A stretch of 32,000 nucleotides of DNA, from NCBI RefSeq assembly GCF_000400465.1, contig NW_008806281.1, positions 150,001 through 182,000 of the forward strand. Direction: 5' to 3'. Shown here one piece after another: positions 8,840-17,346 of this stretch (position 1 is its first letter; each line of letters begins with the position of its first letter). A program made the position numbers and the translations under genes. The stretch is from Wallemia ichthyophaga EXF-994 (taxonomy: Eukaryota > Fungi > Basidiomycota). The notes under the pieces were generated by a model. The model saw only the letters and a program-made list of their open reading frames with translations, had not been told where the DNA came from and did not search any database.

Positions 8840-10628
8840 GGACTTACTAGAGCAACCCGCACGGGTGAAGAATTCTTTCATCAAGACTGACGGTCTCCGT
8901 GCGTGGTATGACGAGAACGGCAATCCAGTTGAGCCGTTCATCATCGGCATAGCCGGGGGCAGTTCGAGCGGCAAGACGTACGTAGCGGGGTGAGTGTGGT
9001 GTCGCTATCACCGCTTCTGCCATACTCAACCAGCTTAGTGAAATCATAAAGCGTCTGCACAACGTACAATCCATAGCCATCATCTCCCAGGACAGTTTCT
9101 ACGGCGAGCGAACACCCGCTGAAATAGACTTGGCGTACAAGAACATGTACGATTTCGACTCACCCCAAGCTATCGATATGGAGCTATTCACTAACGTACT
9201 CAACGATATTAAGAAATGCAGGGCTGTCCAACTCCCAAACTACTCATTCAACACGCACTCCCGTCTCCCCCAATCCACCTACTTGTACGGTGCACGCGTC
9301 GTTATCGTTGAGGGGATCCTCGTTCTCACTGATCCCGCCTTGCGCGACTTTTTCGACATGAAGGTCTTCGTGCAATGCGACAGTGATGTCATGCTCGCGC
9401 GGCGCATCAAGCGCGATGTCGTCGAGAGGTGAGTGGGGGTGTGTAGCGTGTAGCGCGACCGACAGCTCACACCACCCAGATCGCGCGATGTCGACGGTGT
9501 GCTCAGCCAGTACCTCAAATGGGTCAAGCCGTCTTTTGTGAGTGTATACTGCCCACCTCACACCAACACTCTCTAACAACTACACAGGAAAATTTCGTGC
9601 TTCCCTCCTCCCGTCATGCTGATATCATAGTGCCTGGCGCAGCCAACAGTGTAGCGGTGGATCTGATAGTGACGCATCTCAAAACGCAGCTCACACAGCG
9701 CTCCCGATTCCTTCGCAAAACACTCTCCACCACTTCACCCCGCTGCTCCGACTTACCGCCTAACGTGCGCGTGATAGCGAGCACCCCGACACGTAACGCC
9801 CTCCTCACACTCCTCCGCGATCCTTGCACACCCCGCACGCAATTTGTCGATGCCGTCGACCGCCTAGCTGCAATGGTGGCTGGAGAGGTTTTGGCCTATC
9901 TCCCGCACGAGAAATGTGTGGTAGACACGCCCTTAGCGGTGAGTGAGGGGGTGCGAATGAATCTGAGTGAGGGTAGGCATCCTGATGCTAATGTTGATGC
10001 CAATGTTGATGCTAATGTTTCAACACCCGGCAATCTCTGCGCAGTGGCCATCCAGCGCTCCGGCTCACTCTTCAATCACGGCCTGCGGCGTATTTTCCCC
10101 GATGTAGAACTGGGCTCAATGTTGATCCAGCACGATACTGAACACGGTGAGCCGGCACTGTACCACCACAATCTGCCGCGTGCAGTGAAGCAGGCTGAGA
10201 CAGCGCGACACACTTGGGTGCTGCTGTCTGACTCCCAATGCGGCACTGGCGCTGCGGCTTACATGGCCATTCGGGTGTTGCTGGACCACGGCGTCCTCCA
10301 ACATCATATCATCTTCCTTACTTTCCTCGTCGCGAAACGCGGCGGCGTGCACGCTATTCATAGAGCCTTTCCCGGTATTCAAATCCTTACGGCCGCCGCT
10401 GACCCCGTGTTGCGCGAAGTCGAGGTGCCTATTAGCGGTAATGGTAGCGGGAAAGCTAACACATTCAACGAGGAGAATGACGCGCAGGAGAATGTGCAAA
10501 CTCACACTCACACACCCACTCACAGGCGCAAAAGCGTCGTTAGCTTGGAGGTCCCCGAACGCAAAAAGTACTGGCAGATCGTACCAGGGATGGGCAATGT
10601 GGGCGATAGGTATTATGGGACGGTGTGA
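8838..10628 (+). CDS. URK1: Uridine kinase with C-terminal UPRTase-like domain, 546 aa
   Basis: Exons 8838-8989, 9039-9428, 9480-9537 and 9588-10628 join in frame. P-loop GIAGGSSSGKT, SQDSFY, VVIVEGIL, RRIKRDVVER, HADIIVP, and C-terminal IVPGMGNVGDRYYG. Confidence 0.93.
9984..10019 (+). repeat. 12-bp coding repeat x3 (DANV)3 inserted in the URK1 UPRTase-like domain
   Basis: gatgctaatgtt gatgccaatgtt gatgctaatgtt. Confidence 0.9.
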
Positions 10629-10714
10629 GTGGGGTAAAGTGCAAAGTGGAAAGTAATGCAATGGATAGATATACAGATAATACATACATAGACAGATACA
10701 TACAGACACTACCG

Positions 10715-11893
10715 TCACGCATTCAAATGGTACACTTGCACACCCCCTTCACCACCCCGGACACTGTCGAAGCAAGTGGGGCACCAGAAAGAGACGAGTG
10801 CAGCACCCACTTTATCCTTGTAAGTGGTGAAATGTGCCTGTTTCTTATTGCAGATGTCGCACAAGTGTTTTGTGTGTGTTGGTGCTGCGCGTATGTACTT
10901 GTAACGCGGGACAACTTCCTTGGTGGCTTTCAACCTGACACTGGTAACTTGCAGGGTATGCTCACAGTTTCCGTTGTGGATGTATATACCTACGCCGCCT
11001 GTGCGGAGAGGAAGGCTGCTGATGGGGGTGTCTGTGGTGTTGTTTGTGGTTTTGGTGTTGGCGTTGCTATTGGTATCGGTATTGGTAATACTACTACTAC
11101 TACTACTACTAGTACTATCACTAGAATTACCACTACGATTGCTAACGCCACCAGCACTCCCAAAGACCTCCTCATACGCTGTAATACACCCTGCGCGCCC
11201 ATCCAAGTAAGCCACGCCGTCAAAGAGGATACATCCTGCTGGAGTGATGTTGGAGCAACAGCGAGCGCGTATGCGATCGATGACATGATTGAGAGGGGCG
11301 GCAGAAGGCAGGGCGAGTGAGCACAGTTTGTTTGTGTCTGGAGCGGGAGCGCCCACAAGCACATCCACAACCGCACACCGATAGTCCCAACCGCGCCCGC
11401 GTGCATTAATATCCGTGTTATCCGCCCCTTTCCCATCCACATCGGCGGCGGAAGCGGGGCGGATGTGGTGTGCGAGTGTGCGCGTATCGCAACCCTTCTG
11501 GATGTGGTCCAGACACCGTTGTGGGGGTGCGGTTATGATTGAGGGGAGGACGTTTAGCGCGTCTGCAGCTGCACCTTGATCTGTATCTGCATCGTTCCTG
11601 CGCCCACGCCTCCGCCTCAACGCGTATCTCTCGTTGTGGGTCTGGAGTGCGTGCACGAATCGCTTATCGCACAGCAGCCGTTCGTCGTCAGCGGTGATAG
11701 TGGCTGTGGAGCGCGTGAGGGAGTGTATGAGGGAGTGCGTTTGTGTGTTGGTGGTGTCCTCGTCGCCCTCGCCCTCGCCCTCGCCTTGGTTACTCTTACT
11801 CTCTTCCAGCCTTCTACAGCGATCTAGAAACGCCTGTAGATTGATAAGCGGGGAATTGCCACCGAAGCTGTTTGCCATTTCATTTGAATTCAT
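10715..11893 (-). CDS. SNAPC3: snRNA-activating protein complex subunit 3 (SNAP50) homolog
   Basis: ILFDGVAYLD, YIHNGNCEH-x6-VRL, CDIC and WCPTCF match the SNAP50 C-terminal zinc-binding region (HxGxCEH...CxxC...CxxCF). Intronless, 392 aa, with a poly-Ser insertion. Confidence 0.8.
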   Translation of the reverse strand: MNSNEMANSFGGNSPLINLQAFLDRCRRLEESKSNQGEGEGEGDEDTTNTQTHSLIHSLTRSTATITADDERLLCDKRFVHALQTHNERYALRRRRGRRNDADTDQGAAADALNVLPSIITAPPQRCLDHIQKGCDTRTLAHHIRPASAADVDGKGADNTDINARGRGWDYRCAVVDVLVGAPAPDTNKLCSLALPSAAPLNHVIDRIRARCCSNITPAGCILFDGVAYLDGRAGCITAYEEVFGSAGGVSNRSGNSSDSTSSSSSSSITNTDTNSNANTKTTNNTTDTPISSLPLRTGGVGIYIHNGNCEHTLQVTSVRLKATKEVVPRYKYIRAAPTHTKHLCDICNKKQAHFTTYKDKVGAALVSFWCPTCFDSVRGGEGGVQVYHLNA

Positions 11894-11925
11894 TATTTGA
11901 TTGTCGCCGTTGTTGGCTTCAAACT

Positions 11926-12524
11926 ATGACGTGGGTGTGTGCTGAAACGAGAAGACATGGACTGAAAAGGCAAACAGCGGGCAATTGAGATATGATTACT
12001 TCCAAACGAATGGGAGTTTAGAGGTTAGCGTATTTGCCAAAGGAGTGAGTCAGGATGGCTTAACAGTGGAGTTTAAGGAGAGAGAGCTGTTTGTAAACCT
12101 AAGTGACAACAGACAACTCCATCTAGCACCGCTATTATACCCTATTCAACCTTCAAAGTGCAGCTACACGTTAAAATCCATGAAAATTGAAATTGAGCTG
12201 GTTAAAGCGGTAGAAGGGGTCCATTGGAGTGGTTTAACACAGCCAGCAGACACACAGCCGCAACAACACCCTACAAATACAAAAGACTGGAATAAAATAG
12301 CTATAGAACAAGACAAAGAAGAAAAAGAAGATAAGAATCAAGACACAAACCCAGATGACTTTTTTAAGAAGCTTTTCGCCGGTGCAGACGACGACGTTCG
12401 CAAGGCAATGATGAAATCGTATCAGGAGAGTGGAGGTACGACGCTATCGACGAATTGGGATCAAGTGAAGAAGGGTGAGGTGAAGGGCACGCCGCCGGAA
12501 GGAATGGAGAGGAAGGACTACTAA
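11926..12524 (+). CDS. SGT1: SGT1 co-chaperone (CS + SGS domains, no TPR)
   Basis: Micro-exon ATGAC at 11926-11930 and intron 11931..11977 give MTGQLRYDYFQT. CS domain plus SGS motif AMMKSYQESGGTTLSTNW. Confidence 0.9.
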
Positions 12525-12535
12525 TGTAGTAGCTC

Positions 12536-12895
12536 TCACTCCTTGCCATACTCATGCAACCACTCCTGCGTACTCCAAATTGGTTTATTGGATTCACCAG
12601 TCAGGTGTGCTGCTTTCAGTGGCTTTGCGTAGTTGCATTTGATAACGTTGTTTGAAAGAATATTTAAATCCATATTGTCAATCGCAGTAGCAGCAGCAAT
12701 CTTGTCATCAAACTCAATAAAGCCATATCCCCTATGGGGCAGCTTTGAGAACTTCTCCTGAGGCGCTGGGAGTTGTATATCGAGGATATTGCCGAAGGAG
12801 TGAAAAGAAGCGTGTAAATCATCCTTATTGAGGGATTGGCTGATGTTGTTTACCCATACCGTCCTCTGTGACTTGTCTTTGATTGAAGAAGACAT
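12536..12895 (-). CDS. Single-RRM protein resembling the N-terminal RRM of cyclophilin E (PPIE), with no PPIase domain
   Basis: HRGYGFIEF RNP1, AAIDNMD, NYAKP and the PIWSTQEWL tail match the PPIE RRM region. 119 aa. Confidence 0.8.
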   Translation of the reverse strand: MSSSIKDKSQRTVWVNNISQSLNKDDLHASFHSFGNILDIQLPAPQEKFSKLPHRGYGFIEFDDKIAAATAIDNMDLNILSNNVIKCNYAKPLKAAHLTGESNKPIWSTQEWLHEYGKE

Positions 12896-12936
12896 GATTG
12901 AGGCTAATCAACGTGTTCAAACGATTCGACGACGAT

Positions 12937-14130
12937 ATGAATAGGATACATAGGCTACTAAAGCCAGTTAAGGTGGATTGGAATAACAAGCTCATTAATA
13001 TTCACTGGAATGACAACAAATCGTGTAACTTTCATAACTTATGGCTTAGAGACCACTCTAGGGACGCACACTCATTCCATCCAATCACAAAGCAGAGGTT
13101 GGTGGACACTTACGCCATTCCAGACTCAATACAGCCCATTGAAGTATCTCAATCAGACACCACGCTCTCTGTTCGTTGGAATGACAACTCAACGTGCAAG
13201 TACCCGTATCACTGGCTATATAATAATAGCTACTATCCCAAGCTTAGTGAGGTTAAGAGGGATATAAAACCAACCTGGAATGCCCAGCAGATACGCCAGA
13301 ACACTCCGACAACCCAGTACACCGACATTGTACACTCAGATAAAGGTATCTTAAACTGGCTCCAAAACATCCACACCCATGGAATTGGTTTTGTTGAAGG
13401 TGTACCATCCACTCCCGAACACACGGAACAGCTCACTCAACAAATCACTTTCATTCGCCAAACCCACTACGGAACTTTCTGGGACTTCACCTCCGACCTG
13501 AGCCACGGTGACACTGCATACACCGACATAGCACTCGGTGCACACACCGACACTACCTACTTCACTGACCCGATCGGTCTCCAATTATTCCACTTGCTAC
13601 AACCGGCGACAGTCCAAGGCGGTGATAGTCTCTTCATCGACGGCTTCCACTGCGCAAATATCCTCAAGCAGCTTGATCCACCCGCCTTCGACACACTCTC
13701 CACCACCCCTATCCCCTCTCACTCCGTTGGGAGCCAAGACGCCATCATTAAACCTGCACAGCAGTCTGGCTATCCTATAATCAACCTCGACAACATCACC
13801 GGCGAGCTACTCCAAATCCGCTACAACAATGACGACAGATCGGTGTTAAATGCGTTGTCTCCGAAACGCGTTGAGGATTTTTACAGGGCGTTAAAGATTT
13901 GGAATGGCATCCTCAACGACCCCCGCAATCAGTTCTGGCTCCCTCTTGAGAAAGGAAAGGTCGTCCTCTTCGATAATTGGAGAATCCTCCATGGTAGATC
14001 TGCCTTTAGCGGCAAGAGAAGATTATGTGGTGCGTATATCAACCATGACGACTATATGTCCAGACTGCGCACGCTTACTGAGAAACATTTCGATCATGAT
14101 TTAAGGAACGAGTACGGAACCCTGTTTTAG
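12937..14130 (+). CDS. TMLHE: Trimethyllysine dioxygenase (carnitine biosynthesis; Fe/2OG oxygenase)
   Basis: WLRDH...HPITKQRL, HTDTTYFTDPIGLQLFH (HxD), QIRYNNDDRS, DNWRILHGR and RRLCGAY. First in-frame ATG is at 12937; the track start at 12898 is TTG. Confidence 0.88.
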   Translation: MNRIHRLLKPVKVDWNNKLINIHWNDNKSCNFHNLWLRDHSRDAHSFHPITKQRLVDTYAIPDSIQPIEVSQSDTTLSVRWNDNSTCKYPYHWLYNNSYYPKLSEVKRDIKPTWNAQQIRQNTPTTQYTDIVHSDKGILNWLQNIHTHGIGFVEGVPSTPEHTEQLTQQITFIRQTHYGTFWDFTSDLSHGDTAYTDIALGAHTDTTYFTDPIGLQLFHLLQPATVQGGDSLFIDGFHCANILKQLDPPAFDTLSTTPIPSHSVGSQDAIIKPAQQSGYPIINLDNITGELLQIRYNNDDRSVLNALSPKRVEDFYRALKIWNGILNDPRNQFWLPLEKGKVVLFDNWRILHGRSAFSGKRRLCGAYINHDDYMSRLRTLTEKHFDHDLRNEYGTLF

Positions 14131-14244
14131 GCGGTGTGAGGTGTAAAAATTATGATTGAATACATATGTTTTGCTTGGTGTTGAGTGTGTTTTGATACTA
14201 TTTGCTAACCCCTTAACCACCGCCACCACCAACATCCCCCTCTA

Positions 14245-14261
14245 TGACGTATTCACGTGAC
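14245..14261. promoter_or_regulatory. Adjacent CRE-like (TGACGTA) and E-box (TCACGTGAC) motifs upstream of the velvet gene
   Basis: Motif match only, in a 470-bp intergenic gap. No functional evidence. Confidence 0.2.
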
Positions 14262-14602
14262 TTTATGCTAGGGTGACTGCATGAACCCAATTTACGCAGG
14301 CTAAATTTAAAAGCTAAGCTGCTTTTTTCGTGTTAGAGTGTTTACGCGTGTGCATATATGACTAGTATGCTCCGCACACATATCCAAGACAGTTACTGTG
14401 TTACTCAGCTAAAGTAAAACACTCAACCTGTTTAACACATGCCGAACGAGGCTAAAATGAACTTACTATGAATAAAAAATCAAATTTTATAAACCTAATT
14501 TTGTTATTTCGTCCCTTACCGAATATTTCATTTCTGCCGTGAAGTTTGAAGCTTAACCAAGCGGGAAGGTAGAAGATACGAGAAAAAGCTCCAGTAGACA
14601 AA

Positions 14603-15352
14603 ATGAACAATGCAGACAGTCTCCTACACCAATCCAAAGAGCCACGACAATATCGTCTGAACATCCTCCAGCAGCCCCGCGTAGCTAGGATGTCTTCCTT
14701 TAGCGAGAAGAGGCCGGTTGATCCACCTGCGATTATTCAGCTAGAGGTGTATGATAGCGCGGGTAGACTAGATGAGGAGTAAATTGTGATTTAGAATTAC
14801 AAGTATCTTTATTCACACCGTTTACAGCGCGCTAAGATCGCCGTTCTGGGTACTACACGTTCTTCTCGCAGACAACGACACACTCCCCAAACCCCAGTCA
14901 CAGATATTGCAAGGCTCATTAACATCCTCTGCACACTACTGCCGTCTATCCAACCACGACACTGATGGCTATGGATGTTTTTTCTATTTCAGGTACGTCA
15001 TCAGATTATATCTAATCTAATCTCATTGAGGCACTTAACGTACTCCCAGCGACCTCACTCTCACTATGGAAGGCGCTTATCGTCTCAAATTCCTTCTCAC
15101 AACCGTCTGCTCTCAGGATAATTCCCCACAGCCTGTGCTGAGCCATGTCGTCACTAACCCGTTCACCGTGTACACTGCTAAGAAGTTTCCTGGTATGGCG
15201 CGTAAGTTGGGTTGTTTATCTGGCTTTCTCCTTTTAATTACCACACAGCTTCTTCTCATCTCGCTAAATCACTCGCGGCGCAAGGTGTCAAAATACCCAT
15301 CAGAAATGAAGAGCGAAAACGAAATCAGAACAGAGAAGAAGAGCTTAATTGA
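14603..15352 (+). CDS. Velvet-domain regulatory protein, 198 aa
   Basis: Exons 14603-14778, 14828-14992, 15050-15201 and 15249-15352 join in frame. Motifs YRLNILQQPRVARM, RPVDPPAIIQL, DLTLTMEGAYRLKF and FTVYTAKKFPGMAPSSHLAKSLAAQGVKIPIR. Confidence 0.92.
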
Positions 15353-15400
15353 TCAACCTTAGGTTAATAAACAACACCACATGCATCCGTATCACTAAAT

Positions 15401-16810
15401 TCAACTCTTGCCGAAGAAGCTCGAAATAGAGCGCAGCGTGGACGGTTTATCGAATCCGCCGTCGTTAGAGGGGGCGTGTGAGTGGGCATGTGAGTTTAAT
15501 TGTGAGTGTGACTGTTGCGTTAGCGTTGGCGTCGTACTATCAGCATTCCTTGCGCTGCTCTGCTGTCTACCAAACAACCACGATGCATTTGTTTTGTGAG
15601 CAGTATCTGTAGGCGTAGGCACATCCTCATCTGTAGGCAGCGGCGGTAATTTCAACCCACTCGGCTTCTCCTCGCCGGAACTATCCATGAACTCACGCAA
15701 CGCCCGTAGCGCATTCTCACTCGATAACTTACCCTCCTTGATTACATCCACCTCCCGCCTCAGCCTCTGTATCTCGTTGGAAAGATTAGCGTTCTCCATT
15801 TGCACATTAGTCATATCCATCACCTGCGACGATCTGTTAGACGATGCGTTGCTCGACGGTTGTTGTGGGGCTGGTTGAGGGTTGAGGTGTAAGTCTTTGA
15901 GGGATTTTGTTGTGTTGCCATTACCATTGCCATTACCACTGATGCTTGCATTATCCGCTGATACGGACGACAATCTCTTGTGTGACTTGATCGAAGCTCT
16001 CTTCTGTGGTAAAAGGGTGTAAGAGGTATTTCTTTGTATTATAACATATCGACTCACCGAAAGATTGGCTGGCTCGCTTAGTATAAACGACGACCGCTTC
16101 GACTCCGTCTCCTGTCTCCTCCTACTCTTATCCTGCTCTTGCTGCTGCTGCAGTTTCATGACGCCATTCCTGCTCTCCTCAACCCGCGTACGCAATTGTA
16201 CTATTATCTCCTCTGCATCTACTCTTTGCTTCTTTTCTATTTCCAACTCCTGTGCAATTAATTCGCAATCTTCTTTGTATTTCTCGTTACTTGTCATTAG
16301 AGCTACGTTGTCCTCACGCACTTTAGCCAATTCTGAAAGTATCTTTTCTAGGTCGTGCTCTGTGTGCTCTGCTTTCTCTGCGTGCTCTATATCTCTCTCA
16401 GATTCAGGCGGCGTGCGCAGTCCTAGCACTGACATGCGTTTATCGAACTCGTCCACTGTCTTTGCTGGGGGTATGTCCTCCGCATCTTGCTCATTCTCAT
16501 TCCCATTCTCGTTCTCACCCACACCTCCGGTGGTATGATCCTCCATCTTTATGAAATCTTCTTCGGCGTCGTCCCATTTATCGAGCGATTTCGTTTGCGA
16601 TAAGGATAACGAAGGTGATAGCGGTGGTTCTAGGGTGTGTTGATGCTCCTGCTTGTGCTGGTGCGTCAAGGATTGGGTATCATTGGAATCCAGCGTATCC
16701 TGTGTATCCAGCGTATCCAGCGTATCCTGCGTATCCTTCGTATCCTGCATATTCTGAGTATCATTCTCATCAAATCCATACTTCTCCTCTCTTTCTCCCG
16801 ATTCTTGCAT
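15401..16810 (-). CDS. Hypothetical coiled-coil protein with DTQ/DTL repeats
   Basis: Long ORF with two predicted coiled-coil stretches. Likely in-frame intron at 16057..16004; first ATG at 16810. Confidence 0.75.
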   Translation of the reverse strand: MQESGEREEKYGFDENDTQNMQDTKDTQDTLDTLDTQDTLDSNDTQSLTHQHKQEHQHTLEPPLSPSLSLSQTKSLDKWDDAEEDFIKMEDHTTGGVGENENGNENEQDAEDIPPAKTVDEFDKRMSVLGLRTPPESERDIEHAEKAEHTEHDLEKILSELAKVREDNVALMTSNEKYKEDCELIAQELEIEKKQRVDAEEIIVQLRTRVEESRNGVMKLQQQQEQDKSRRRQETESKRSSFILSEPANLSVSRYVIIQRNTSYTLLPQKRASIKSHKRLSSVSADNASISGNGNGNGNTTKSLKDLHLNPQPAPQQPSSNASSNRSSQVMDMTNVQMENANLSNEIQRLRREVDVIKEGKLSSENALRALREFMDSSGEEKPSGLKLPPLPTDEDVPTPTDTAHKTNASWLFGRQQSSARNADSTTPTLTQQSHSQLNSHAHSHAPSNDGGFDKPSTLRSISSFFGKS

Positions 16811-16932
16811 TTTACTTCTATTTGAGTGTGCGTGATGGAGAATCACAGCGCGTTTGGTTCAAAACTTCGAAAGCCATCAAAGCACGCCAGAAATCGAGGC
16901 AGCTGTCAGCACAAATCAACGCACTCAAATAA

Positions 16933-17263
16933 ATGCTCAGCTCCAACGCATTACTTAAAGCGTCTCAATCGTCCTCCTCGGCACACAGCAGCCCGTTGGC
17001 CACGATGAGCAAAGCCACAGCCACATGTGCACCTGTTGTGAGTTATGGCATGTGCTCATATAGACTGACCTACTAATCACTCATTCCCTCCAGGCTAAGG
17101 CTTATGGCGCTTGCGTTGCTTCTTCCTACGAGGACATTTCCAAAGGCGTCTGTTCAAGCGAATTTGAAGCCTTCAAAAACTGCGTCACTAACGCCGTGAG
17201 TGGGAGCATGATTCTCACTCTCCTCTCTTTCTAACCACCTCTCAGATGGGTAGGAAGTGGTAA
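16933..17263 (+). CDS. Twin CX9C mitochondrial protein, NDUFAF8-like, 74 aa (absent from the ORF track)
   Basis: Exons 16933-17037, 17094-17195 and 17246-17263 with GTGAGT donors and CTRAC-like branch sites. Product ...TCAPVAKAYGACVASSYEDISKGVCSSEFEAFKNCVTNAMGRKW contains two exact CX9C motifs. Confidence 0.8.
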
Positions 17264-17346
17264 TCCTTTCTCTAACCTTTGCATCCATTGTATTCTAATC
17301 TTCTTTCTTCTTTCAAAATGTACATCTTCTCTTTACAACACTATTC

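Noticed and set aside
8840-8974. N-terminal extension of the MED4 ORF (MPLELPP...)
   Set aside because: It is antisense to the conserved URK1 P-loop exon and shows no Med4 similarity, although in-frame ATGs there cannot be formally excluded.
10625-11320. 231-aa plus-strand ORF
   Set aside because: Antisense shadow of the GC-rich SNAPC3 gene; low complexity and no motifs.
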